Shown here piece by piece: positions 32,984 to 41,287 of a DNA stretch of 64,000 nt (positions within the stretch are counted from its first letter, which is position 1; each line of letters starts with the position of its first letter). The DNA is from Steroidobacteraceae bacterium (lineage in GTDB: Bacteria; Pseudomonadota; Gammaproteobacteria; Steroidobacterales; Steroidobacteraceae). The notes beneath the pieces were generated by a model. It was not told the origin of the DNA, searched no databases, and saw nothing but the letters and a program-made list of their open reading frames with translations. The DNA lies in assembly GCA_036008385.1 (NCBI GenBank), contig DASYNX010000082.1:15867-79866 (forward strand), in the 5' to 3' direction. Made by a program: the position numbers and the translations under genes.

Positions 32984-33907
32984 TCAGGCGAGCGCGTGCG
33001 CCGTCGGCGCCAGATACAGCGGTAGCTCGGCCAGCATGGGTCGCGCAGCGATGCCGAGTGCCGCGCAGCCGTCCTCGCGGCACACGCAATCGATCGTCAG
33101 CGAGCGGAAGTTGTCGAGCGAGAACGGCTTGCCGGGCAGCAGGCCCATGAGTACGCCCTGGATGACACCGAGTGCATCGGGCACACGCACGATGTGGCAA
33201 GGCAGGCCGGCGACGCGGGCGGTCAGGTGCACGAGCTGCTCGAGGCTCATGATCTCCGGTCCGCACAGCTGGTAGGTGGCGCCGCGGCTCGCATGGGTAT
33301 CGAGCGCGCGCACGAACGCCTCGGCCACGTCGAGCACGCTGACCGGGGCAAAGCGCGCCGCGGCGCGTGCCAGCGGCAGCACTCCGGCGCTCAGGCGCAG
33401 GAGGCCCGCGAAGCGGTTGGTTAGCGAGTCGCCCGCCCCGAAGATCACCGACGGCCGGAAGATGGTCAGCGCAGGCTGGGCCGCTTCCGTGTGGGCGGCG
33501 GCGCGCAGCTGCGTCTCGGCGGCGCCCTTGGAGCGCAGGTAGCGGCTCGGTGCGTGCTCATCGGCCCCGAGCGCACTCATATGCAGCAGGCGGCGCACGC
33601 CCGCGCCACGGGCGGCCGCCATTGCCTTCGCCGCCAGCTGGGTGTGCACGGCCTCGAAGGTGGCACGTCCGCGGGGATTCAGGATCCCGACCAGGTTGAT
33701 GACCGCGTCGCAGTCCTTGAAGAGCTGCCCGAGCACCCGCGGGTCGTGCACGTTCGCGCGCCGCAGCTCGGCGGTATCGAGCACGCGCAGCCGCTCGGCG
33801 TGCGCGAGGTTGCGGGTGGGCACGCGTACCCAGTGCCCGGCACGCACCAGCCGGCTCACCAGCTCCGTGCCGACGAAACCGCTGCCTCCCAGCACACAGA
33901 CGTTCAC
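32984..33907 (-). CDS. NAD(P)H-binding, NDUFA9-like atypical SDR protein
   Basis: VNVCVLGGSGFVGTELVSRL Rossmann motif. Start at the GTG at 33907, preceded by AAGAGGA. The remainder of ORF 32984..34189 upstream is an overextension. Confidence 0.8.
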   Translation of the reverse strand: MNVCVLGGSGFVGTELVSRLVRAGHWVRVPTRNLAHAERLRVLDTAELRRANVHDPRVLGQLFKDCDAVINLVGILNPRGRATFEAVHTQLAAKAMAAARGAGVRRLLHMSALGADEHAPSRYLRSKGAAETQLRAAAHTEAAQPALTIFRPSVIFGAGDSLTNRFAGLLRLSAGVLPLARAAARFAPVSVLDVAEAFVRALDTHASRGATYQLCGPEIMSLEQLVHLTARVAGLPCHIVRVPDALGVIQGVLMGLLPGKPFSLDNFRSLTIDCVCREDGCAALGIAARPMLAELPLYLAPTAHALA

Positions 33908-33977
33908 ATCCGGTCCTCTTGCGGTGTCGCCGGCGGACTGCCCGCGCCGGCGTGCACGGCCGTGACTTCGTTTTCTC

Positions 33978-35330
33978 TCAGCGCAGCGGGATGAGGAGCA
34001 CCGTGTTGCCGCGCCGCACTTCCAGCACCAGTACCGCCGCGCCGCGGGCGCGCTCGCGCAGCTCGCGCAGGTCGCCGACGCGGCCGCGATTGGCGCCGAC
34101 GATGACATCGTCGGCGCGCAACCCCGCCTGGGCGGCGGCACTGCCCGCCTCGACGCTGCGCACCAGCGCACCACCCGAGTCGGGCGCATCGGCGAGCACG
34201 GCGCCCTCGAAGCTCTTGTGAATGCTCGCCGGACTGCCGGTGAGCTCGCGGCTGGTGTCGGCGATCACCGCGGTGACGCGCAGCGGCTTGCCGTCGCGGA
34301 CCAGGCCGATATCGACCTTGTCGCCCACGCGTAGCAGTCCGATGGTGTTGCGCAGCTCGCTGTTGGATTTGACCGGCTGCCCGTTCACCGAGGTGATGAC
34401 GTCGCCAGTGCGGATCCCGGCGTGGTCGGCCGGTGAGCCCTCGACCACCTGCGACACCAGCGCACCCACGGCGCTCGGCAGCCCGAGCGAGTGGGCGATG
34501 TCGGGGGTTACGGTGTACATGCTCACGCCCAGCTGTCCGCGCTTGACCGAGCCGTACTTGATGAGCTGGTCCATCACGCTGCGCGCCATGTTCACCGGGA
34601 TCGCAAAGCCGATGCCGATGTTGCCGCCGCTGCGCGACAGGATGGCGGTATTGATGCCGATCAGCTCACCGCGCAGGTTGACGAGGGCGCCGCCGGAATT
34701 GCCCGGATTGATCGAGGCATCGGTCTGGATGAAGTCCTCGTAGCCGTCGGGGTTGATCCCCGAGCGCGACAGCCCGCTGACGATTCCCGAGGTCACGGTG
34801 TGCTGCAGGCCGAAGGGATTGCCGATCGCCACCACGAAATCACCCACCTCGGCGCGCGCAGAGTCCCCGAGCGCGATCTGCGACAGCCCGTCGGGCTTCA
34901 CCTTGAGCACCGCGACGTCGGAGGGGGCGTCGCTGCCGACGATCTCGGCCTTGAGGTCGCGCCCGTCCTGCAGCGTCACGGTGATCTCGTTGGCATTCTC
35001 CACCACGTGGGCGTTGGTGACGATGTAGCCGATCTTGGCATCGAAGATCACGCCCGAACCGGCGCTCTGGAACGGCCGATCGCGCGGGCCGGTGTCGGGA
35101 GGCACGTCGAAGAAGCGGCGGAAGAAGGGATCGTCGAGCAGCGGGTTCTGCGGCCCGCGCTCATGGATGGTGCCGCGCGTGGCGATGTTCACCACCGCCG
35201 GCGACACCTTCTTGATCATCGGCGCGAGCGTCGGGAGCGGGGTATCGCCGATCGCCGGCGGTATGGCAGCCGGCAGTGGCGCCGCGGCCAGCGTGACGAT
35301 CAGCCACAGGATGAACTGCGCGCGTCTCAT
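33978..35330 (-). CDS. DegQ/DegP (Do-family) periplasmic serine endoprotease with two PDZ domains
   Basis: 450 aa with a signal peptide. Catalytic triad context is TNAHVV / D...AVLKV / GNSGGAL. Two PDZ-like segments. Confidence 0.92.
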   Translation of the reverse strand: MRRAQFILWLIVTLAAAPLPAAIPPAIGDTPLPTLAPMIKKVSPAVVNIATRGTIHERGPQNPLLDDPFFRRFFDVPPDTGPRDRPFQSAGSGVIFDAKIGYIVTNAHVVENANEITVTLQDGRDLKAEIVGSDAPSDVAVLKVKPDGLSQIALGDSARAEVGDFVVAIGNPFGLQHTVTSGIVSGLSRSGINPDGYEDFIQTDASINPGNSGGALVNLRGELIGINTAILSRSGGNIGIGFAIPVNMARSVMDQLIKYGSVKRGQLGVSMYTVTPDIAHSLGLPSAVGALVSQVVEGSPADHAGIRTGDVITSVNGQPVKSNSELRNTIGLLRVGDKVDIGLVRDGKPLRVTAVIADTSRELTGSPASIHKSFEGAVLADAPDSGGALVRSVEAGSAAAQAGLRADDVIVGANRGRVGDLRELRERARGAAVLVLEVRRGNTVLLIPLR

Positions 35331-35379
35331 GCCGCGGGAATTCTAGCCCGAAGCGACTGCCCGGGCTCGTGAGGAAGAT

Positions 35380-35422
35380 AACGGGAAAATCAGGCGCCGG
35401 TGGCGGATGCTCCGCCACCGGC
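35380..35422 (-). terminator. intrinsic terminator downstream of hsp20
   Basis: Perfect 11-bp stem GCCGGTGGCGG/CCGCCACCGGC with a 5-nt loop (35396-35422), followed on the minus strand by GCCTGATTTTCCCGTTATCTT. Confidence 0.55.
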
Positions 35423-35438
35423 TGAGCCTGGCAGGCCC

Positions 35439-35864
35439 TCAGGCAGCCTTGATCTCGATGCGGCGCGGCTGCACCTCGGGGCGCTTCGGAAGGGTGACTT
35501 CCAGCACGCCGTTGGTGTGCGTCGCCTTGATCGCCTCGGCATTGACGCTCTCCGGGAGCGTGAAGCGGCGCAGGAACGTTCCTGCCGCCCGCTCGACGCG
35601 CTCGTAGCCGTCCTTGGAGGACTTCTTCTCCGAGCGGCGCTCGCCCTTGATGGCCAGCACGCCCTGCTCGGCGGTGATCTCGATATCCTTGTCCTCAACG
35701 CCCGGCAGGTCGGCGACCACGACGAAGCGCTCGGCCTCTTCGTGAATGTCGACGTGCGGGATCCAGCTGACGCTGGCGCCGTCAGCGCTCTGGTCCAGGG
35801 CGCGATCGAGCTGCCGCTGGAAGCGGCCGAACAGCGCCCACGGCTCATAACGAACGATGGTCAT
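35439..35864 (-). CDS. Hsp20/IbpA-family small heat-shock protein
   Basis: MTIVRYEPWALFGRFQRQLD...VDIHEEAERFVVVADLPGVEDKDIEI...GVLEVTLPK (alpha-crystallin domain). GAGGAG RBS. The ORF track overextends to 36491. Confidence 0.92.
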   Translation of the reverse strand: MTIVRYEPWALFGRFQRQLDRALDQSADGASVSWIPHVDIHEEAERFVVVADLPGVEDKDIEITAEQGVLAIKGERRSEKKSSKDGYERVERAAGTFLRRFTLPESVNAEAIKATHTNGVLEVTLPKRPEVQPRRIEIKAA

Positions 35865-35923
35865 GGAAAAATCTCCTCTAGCAAACGATAAAAACTTGGG
35901 CGCACGAAGCGCTTGTGCCACCG

Positions 35924-35951
35924 ATGTGCGGTCGGGCGCGGCGCTTTCAAG
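35924..35951 (-). promoter_or_regulatory. sigma-32 (RpoH) type heat-shock promoter for hsp20
   Basis: The minus strand reads CTTGAAA-13 nt-CCGCACAT, against the consensus CTTGAAA-N13-14-CCCCATNT. It lies ~60 nt upstream of the hsp20 ATG. Confidence 0.6.
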
Positions 35952-36140
35952 AGGAAGCCGACCAGCGGTGTCGCGTCGCCGCGAGTCGCAGCGCGCCGCC
36001 TGAGCACACGCCCGCGGGTGCTGAGCTGCTGGTCGGAAAGCAGCCAGTGGCGAAGTTGCGGTGCCGCGCGCTGCGGTCAAAGCCGCGCTCAAGGTGCGTA
36101 GCGTTGTGAGCAGGCTGTGCAGAACCTGTGCCCGCCCTGG

Positions 36141-36156
36141 GCACAATATATTGGGA
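36141..36156 (+). promoter_or_regulatory. weaker NrdR-box-like site
   Basis: GCACAATATATTGGGA resembles aCACaAtATATtGtGt at most positions. It lies in the AT-rich island between hsp20 and nrdJa, but is not at the canonical ~31-bp spacing from the other box. Confidence 0.3.
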
Positions 36157-36279
36157 TTGGCTGGCTCTGTGACAAGGCTCACATTTCTGCGAAATATGTC
36201 ATGAAAGTTACGGCCAAAAATATCGTAAACGTCTAAAAACACTTGAGAAAAGTGACCAATAAAAATGACGGCGGCAATC

Positions 36280-36308
36280 TTGACGCACCCTGGCATGCTC
36301 ATTAGTCT
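36280..36308 (+). promoter_or_regulatory. candidate sigma-70 promoter for nrdJab
   Basis: TTGACG-17 nt-TAGTCT. The predicted start site falls just before the NrdR-box palindrome, implying a ~200-nt leader. Confidence 0.35.
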
Positions 36309-36318
36309 TTTGACCCCG

Positions 36319-36334
36319 ACACAAGATCTTGTGT
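36319..36334 (+). promoter_or_regulatory. NrdR box (perfect 16-bp palindrome)
   Basis: ACACAAGATCTTGTGT fits the NrdR operator pattern ACACwA-N4-TwGTGT. It lies ~180 nt upstream of the nrdJa ATG, immediately downstream of the candidate -10. Confidence 0.55.
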
Positions 36335-36514
36335 TCGCACGAAGCGATAAAGGGTCACGCGGTCGGGGGGAGGATTCAGGGACCTGGTTGCCGGAAAGGC
36401 GGCAGGTACCGGTCAGGCTGACGGGGGGCTCAACAGCTCCATTGCGCGCTTCGGCCGGATTTTCCCTGCAATCCGTTGGGCAAGGCGTCAAGAACTCGGA
36501 GCGCCGCGGATTAC

Positions 36515-38662
36515 ATGAACACCGTGATGAAGACCGAGCCTATGGGTGTCGAGGCGATTCCCTTCCAGGAAGCGTCACTCGACATCTGGGACAAGAAGTA
36601 CCGGCTCACCGCCAAGGACGGTACGCCCATCGACAAGACGATGGACGATACCTACAAGCGTGTGGCGCGCGCGCTCGCGGAGGTTGAGTCACAGGACGTG
36701 CGCGAGCACTGGTACGAGCGCTTCCTGTGGGCACTGCGCCGCGGGGCGATTCCTGCCGGCCGCGTGACCTCCAACGCCGGCGCGCTCGAGCACAAGCCCG
36801 CGACCTCGACGATCAACTGCACGGTGTCGGGGACGATCCTCGACTCGATGGACGACATCCTCAAGAAAGTGCACGAGGCGGGGCTGACGCTGAAGGCGGG
36901 CTGCGGCATCGGTTATGAATTCTCGACGCTGCGCCCGCGTGGCGCGTACGTCTCGGGCGCTGGCGCCTACACCTCGGGCCCGCTGTCGTTCATGGATATC
37001 TTCGACAAGATGTGCTTCACCGTCTCGTCCGCCGGCGGCCGCCGCGGCGCGCAGATGGGCACGTTCGACATCGGCCATCCGGACGTCATGGAGTTCATCC
37101 GCGCCAAGCGCGAGAACGGCCGCTTGCGCCAGTTCAACCTGTCGCTGCTGATCACCGACGAGTTCATGCAAGCGGTGCGCGAGGATCGTGAGTGGAGGCT
37201 CGCCTTTCCGCTTTCCCGCCGCGAATACGAGACCGACAGACCGGATGTCAGCGATCAGACCAAGTTCCTGTGGCGCGAGTGGCCGGTGCACGAGGGCTAC
37301 GTCGTCAACGACGAGGGTCTGGTGGCCTGCAGGATTTACAAGACTCTGCCGGCGCGTCGCATGTGGGATGTCATCATGACGTCCACCTACGACTTCGCCG
37401 AGCCCGGCTTCGTTCTCATCGACCGCTCCAACGAGATGAACAACAACTGGTGGTGCGAGAACATCCGCGCTACCAACCCGTGTGGTGAGCAAAATTTGCC
37501 GGCATACGGCGCGTGTTTGCTCGGTTCCGTAAACCTGACACGTTTTGTCAAGCATCCCTTCACCGATTTCGCGGAATTCGATTGGAGCGAATACCGCGAG
37601 GTGGTCAAGGTGTTCACTCGCATGCTCGACAACGTCGTCGAGATCAACGGGCTGCCGCTCGAGAAGCAGCGCGAGGAGATCCTGCGCAAGCGCCGTCACG
37701 GCATGGGCTACCTCGGCCTCGGCAGCACCCTGACTCTTCTCAGAATGAAGTACGGCTCGCCGGAATCGGTGCAGTTCACCGAGGACGTGTCGCGCGAGAT
37801 GGCAGTCGCCGGCTGGGAAGCAGCGCTCGAGCTGGCGCGCGAGAAGGGCCCGGCGCCGATCATGAACGAGGAGTTCACGGTCACGAAGGAGATGCTGCGC
37901 AAGCGTCCGGAGATGGTGCGTGACGGCTGGAAGCCCGGGGTGAAGATCCCGGGCCGGCTGCTGCACATGAAATACAGCCGCTATATGCAGCGCATCGCGC
38001 AGGTGGCGCCGCAGCTGGTGCACGAACTGGCGGAGACCGGTGCGCGCTTCACCCACCACACCTCCATCGCGCCGACCGGCACCATCTCGCTGTCGCTCGC
38101 CAACAATGCGTCCAACGGCATCGAGCCGTCGTTCGCGCATCACTATTTCCGCAACGTGATTCGGGAGGGCAAGAAGTCCAAAGAGAAGATCGACGTTTAT
38201 TCCTTCGAGTTGCTGGCCTATCGCGAGCTCATCAACCCGAATGCCAAACCTGGAGCCACGAACGATGATGAGAGACTGCCGGACTACTTCATCGCGTCCG
38301 ATAACATCACCCCCAAAGAGCACGTCGAAGTGCAGGCTGCGGCCCAGAAGTGGGTCGATTCATCGATTTCTAAGACGGCGAACGTGCCTACGGATTTTGC
38401 CTACGAGAAGTTCAAGGACATCTATCTGTATGCACACGTGCAGGGACTGAAGGGCTGCACCACGTTCCGCTTCAATCCGGAGGCCTTCCAGGGCGTGCTG
38501 GTGAAGGAGCAGGACCTGAAGAACACCATCTACAAGTTCACCCTCGAGGACGGCAGCGTGATCGAGGTGCGGGGCGACGAAGAGATCGACTACGACGGCG
38601 AGATTCATACCGCCGCCAATCTCTTCGATGCGATGAAGGACGGGTACTACGGACGCATGTAG
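36515..38662 (+). CDS. nrdJa: adenosylcobalamin-dependent (class II) ribonucleotide reductase, large N-terminal fragment NrdJa
   Basis: ORF 36476..38662. DIWDKKYRL...NCTVSG...GCGIGYEFSTLRPRGA...NPCGEQNLP...ISKTANVP are class II RNR core motifs. Start at the ATG at 36515 (alternative at 36527). Confidence 0.9.
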   Translation: MNTVMKTEPMGVEAIPFQEASLDIWDKKYRLTAKDGTPIDKTMDDTYKRVARALAEVESQDVREHWYERFLWALRRGAIPAGRVTSNAGALEHKPATSTINCTVSGTILDSMDDILKKVHEAGLTLKAGCGIGYEFSTLRPRGAYVSGAGAYTSGPLSFMDIFDKMCFTVSSAGGRRGAQMGTFDIGHPDVMEFIRAKRENGRLRQFNLSLLITDEFMQAVREDREWRLAFPLSRREYETDRPDVSDQTKFLWREWPVHEGYVVNDEGLVACRIYKTLPARRMWDVIMTSTYDFAEPGFVLIDRSNEMNNNWWCENIRATNPCGEQNLPAYGACLLGSVNLTRFVKHPFTDFAEFDWSEYREVVKVFTRMLDNVVEINGLPLEKQREEILRKRRHGMGYLGLGSTLTLLRMKYGSPESVQFTEDVSREMAVAGWEAALELAREKGPAPIMNEEFTVTKEMLRKRPEMVRDGWKPGVKIPGRLLHMKYSRYMQRIAQVAPQLVHELAETGARFTHHTSIAPTGTISLSLANNASNGIEPSFAHHYFRNVIREGKKSKEKIDVYSFELLAYRELINPNAKPGATNDDERLPDYFIASDNITPKEHVEVQAAAQKWVDSSISKTANVPTDFAYEKFKDIYLYAHVQGLKGCTTFRFNPEAFQGVLVKEQDLKNTIYKFTLEDGSVIEVRGDEEIDYDGEIHTAANLFDAMKDGYYGRM

Positions 38663-38700
38663 CGCCTTGAAAAGCGCCACTGCAGCCTCAGGAAAATGCC

Positions 38701-39450
38701 ATGACCATCAAGATCGATCGGAAAATCGTCAAGTATCAGGTACAGAAGCCTGACGAGAAGCGGGCTGTGCTACCCGAGCCGAAGGCAACGGCTCAGGCCG
38801 CGCCGCAGGCGGCAGAGCCGGAGACGGTGCGCGACCGCAACGGCCATATGGCGAAGGTCATCCGGATGCACGAGAAGCTCGAGCGTCCGGAGGTCCTGGT
38901 CGGCTCGACCTACAAGATCAAGACGCCGATCTCCGATCACGCCATGTACGTGACCATCAACGACATCGTGTTGAACGAGGGCACCGAGTACGAGCAGCGC
39001 CGTCCGTTCGAGATCTTCATCAATTCGAAGAACCTCGATCACTTCCAGTGGATCGTGGCGCTCACGCGCATCATCTCGGCGGTGTTCCGCAAGGGCGGCG
39101 ACGTCACCTTCCTGGTCGATGAGCTCAAGGCGGTGTTCGATCCGCGCGGCGGCTACTGGCAGCCGGGCGGCAAGTTCATGCCCTCGATCATCGCCGAGCT
39201 CGGCTACGTGATCGAGAAGCACCTGCAGACCATCGGCCTGATCAGGAAGACCCAGCTCGACAGTCACCAGCGCAAGCTGGTCGACGAGAAGCGCGCCGAG
39301 TTCGAAGCGCGCGCGCGCCAGGCCGATGCCTTCGCCAAGTCGCACTTCCCCGAGGGCGCGCAGCTCTGTGGCCGCTGCAGCACCGCGGCGGTGGTGATGC
39401 TCGATGGCTGCATGACCTGCCTCAACTGCGGCGACTCGAAGTGCGGGTGA
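38701..39450 (+). CDS. nrdJb: class II ribonucleotide reductase C-terminal fragment NrdJb
   Basis: 249 aa. LERPEVLVGSTYKIKTP...MYVTINDIV...PFEIFINSKN...ALTRIISAVFRKGGD (TSCPD-type domain) and a C-terminal Cys cluster CGRCS...CMTCLNCGDSKCG. The split arrangement matches the P. aeruginosa nrdJab arrangement as I recall it. Confidence 0.85.
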   Translation: MTIKIDRKIVKYQVQKPDEKRAVLPEPKATAQAAPQAAEPETVRDRNGHMAKVIRMHEKLERPEVLVGSTYKIKTPISDHAMYVTINDIVLNEGTEYEQRRPFEIFINSKNLDHFQWIVALTRIISAVFRKGGDVTFLVDELKAVFDPRGGYWQPGGKFMPSIIAELGYVIEKHLQTIGLIRKTQLDSHQRKLVDEKRAEFEARARQADAFAKSHFPEGAQLCGRCSTAAVVMLDGCMTCLNCGDSKCG

Positions 39451-39503
39451 ACCGGTTTCCAGTTTTTGCGACGACCCACCACTGACAGAATCGACGCGCT
39501 TTG

Positions 39504-39533
39504 CGAGGCAGCCAAGCGGCTGCCTCGTTTCTT
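39504..39533 (+). terminator. intrinsic terminator after nrdJb
   Basis: CGAGGCAGCC-AAGC-GGCTGCCTCG (10-bp stem) followed by TTTCTT. Confidence 0.65.
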
Positions 39534-40711
39534 CAGCGCCGCGGCAGGCGCTGTCCTGGCAGGCGATCCTGTGCGAGCAGGCTGACCTGCGGGAGTGCCG
39601 GTCCGCCGGCATGCTCGCAGCGCGCTCGCATGCGATCCTCCGGCAGGCTCGGGTCGCAGTTGAGCGCCATCTGCAGCTCGATGCTGCGCGGCGCCGCGAG
39701 CCCGCCGAAGCGCCGATCGATCTCGAGCAGCAGCTTCTGGGCATCGGCGGGCCGGCCGCGGCGAATGAGCGCATCCGCCTCATCCAGCTGAGCGCTCAGC
39801 GCCTTGTCGAGTTGCGAGCGGCAGGCGGCGAGCTGCGACGGGTTCGGGCTCGTGTGCGTGGACAGCTGCTGCAGCGCCAGCGACAGTGCCCGGGCACTTG
39901 CCACTTCGTGGCCGGTGCCGTGCACGACTTCCGTGTCCACGTCGAACACGCACCACTTGCGCATGGACTCCCGGCTGTCGGCATCCGCGGCGAGGTGTGC
40001 GACATCGTATTCACCCGTCAGGTAGACCAGTCGCGTCGACTCCTGGAATCGCCGGAACAGATCCATGCGCGGCACGGCCGGCACGCCGTTGCCAAGCGGA
40101 TCGCTGCCGGCGTTGAGCAACGCGCCGCGAAAGACATCCGGATAGCCGAGCGCCAGACGCAGCGCGATGCGCGCGCCCCCGGAGAAACCGCCCACGTACA
40201 CGCGCTGCGCGTCGACCGCATAGCGCTGCATGACGTTGTAGGCGGCCAGCAGCGCCAGCGGCTCGCGGCGCGCCAGGACGTTCTCCTCGTTGCCGGAGCG
40301 GCGCGCGCTCACGTAGATCAGGCCGTAGTGATCCAGCACCACGCTCCAGCCCTCCGGCAGCCGCGCATCCTGCCAGGGCGGCACGAACACCAGCAGGCCA
40401 TAGCCGTGAGGCGGCGCCGTGGCGGGTACGTACAGCACGAACCTCTCGGCGGGGAGGTCGAGCGGCTGCTCGACCAGGTGCCCGGTGGAGCGCGCGAGTA
40501 TTTCCTTGGCCTGCTCCGCGGCGAGCGGGCTGAGCAACCGGCGCAGCAGCTCGGCGCTCGCCGCCTCAGGTGCGTACTCGGTGAATACCACCTCGGTCTG
40601 CAGGCCGGTGGGGGCGGGCGCGGCCGCAACGGCGCGCACATCAGGCCCGGCCGCCAGCGCGGCGCTGAGCGCCAGCGCGCGAACGATGGAGCGGAGTCTC
40701 ACGCGCCGCAT
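39533..40711 (-). CDS. secreted alpha/beta-hydrolase-fold protein (esterase-like), function unknown
   Basis: ORF 39533..40735. Signal peptide is MRRVRLRSIVRALALSAALAAG. GxSxG elbow is GGFSGGARIAL. Helical C-terminal domain. Confidence 0.55.
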   Translation of the reverse strand: MRRVRLRSIVRALALSAALAAGPDVRAVAAAPAPTGLQTEVVFTEYAPEAASAELLRRLLSPLAAEQAKEILARSTGHLVEQPLDLPAERFVLYVPATAPPHGYGLLVFVPPWQDARLPEGWSVVLDHYGLIYVSARRSGNEENVLARREPLALLAAYNVMQRYAVDAQRVYVGGFSGGARIALRLALGYPDVFRGALLNAGSDPLGNGVPAVPRMDLFRRFQESTRLVYLTGEYDVAHLAADADSRESMRKWCVFDVDTEVVHGTGHEVASARALSLALQQLSTHTSPNPSQLAACRSQLDKALSAQLDEADALIRRGRPADAQKLLLEIDRRFGGLAAPRSIELQMALNCDPSLPEDRMRARCEHAGGPALPQVSLLAQDRLPGQRLPRR

Positions 40712-40820
40712 GCGGGCAAGTGTGCCACTTGCCACGCTGCTGGGCCGACGATCACGGTCAGTGACACGTTCCGGCGCAGTGCGTGTCGTGCGCCGCCGGA
40801 ACGCGCTGCCGTCTCAGGTC

Positions 40821-40846
40821 AAAAAAAACCCCGCTTGAGGCGGGGT
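40821..40846 (-). terminator. orphan intrinsic terminator (minus strand)
   Basis: The minus strand reads ACCCCGC-CTCAA-GCGGGGT followed by TTTTTTTT. There is no minus-strand CDS upstream of it. Confidence 0.8.
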
Positions 40847-40994
40847 GTCGGTCGCTTGCTTGTGTGTGGAGGAGTGTCGTTCTCGTTGTTATCCGGTCAG
40901 GACACGGTATCCGATGAGCCAAACCGGCTACATTGCGGATCCATGCTTTCTTCTGTTATCCCGTGGCGTTGAGTACCTTCCCCGGCTTTTGCCT
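40821..40994 (-). ncRNA. candidate small RNA (unclassified)
   Basis: Bounded by a minus-strand TTGGCA-16 nt-TATAGG promoter-like element (41028-41001) and the orphan terminator. It contains the CU-rich block CACTCCTCCACACACA (40876-40861). No credible ORF. 5' end not determined. Confidence 0.3.
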
Positions 40995-41287
40995 CTGATG
41001 CCTATAGGATGAGCAACACCCGTGCCAACGCGGCCGGTCGCTGAGCCCATGCGACATCTTGTGCCCGCGGGGTCGCACAAATGTGATCCAGTGCACAGTG
41101 CAGGTGCCTCCGGGCGTGCCCCGGGGCACCTGCGGGGCAGGTTCTGGCAGGGGCCTGTCGGTGCCGGGGACCCCCAAGTGTCAAGATATTCGACGTATTG
41201 GACGCCGCCGGGCGGGGTTGCGCGGAGGCCGAGGATGCTGCAAGCCCTTGAATGCACGTTGGATCTGGCCGTTCTGCCGGGGTGTAA

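Noticed and set aside
36239-36254. ACACTTGAGAAAAGTG as a third NrdR box.
   Set aside because: The inverted halves (CACTT/AAGTG) are out of register with the ACAC-N8-GTGT frame of NrdR boxes.
36335-36514. A cobalamin riboswitch in the nrdJa leader.
   Set aside because: I could not find the B12-box or the conserved GCCACTG-type core elements. Class II (B12-using) RNR genes are also not the usual targets of B12 riboswitches.
40850-41287. RNase P RNA, tmRNA, SRP/4.5S RNA, 6S RNA, or a c-di-AMP (ydaO) / c-di-GMP riboswitch in the mltD upstream gap.
   Set aside because: None of the universally conserved blocks I remember are present on either strand: GGAAAGTCCGGGC and ACAGAACCCGGCTTA for RNase P; a tag ORF ending in ALAA for tmRNA; GGTCCGGAAGGAAGCAGCC for SRP; AGCTAACCTCGTAAGCG for ydaO. 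A formal Rfam scan is still needed.
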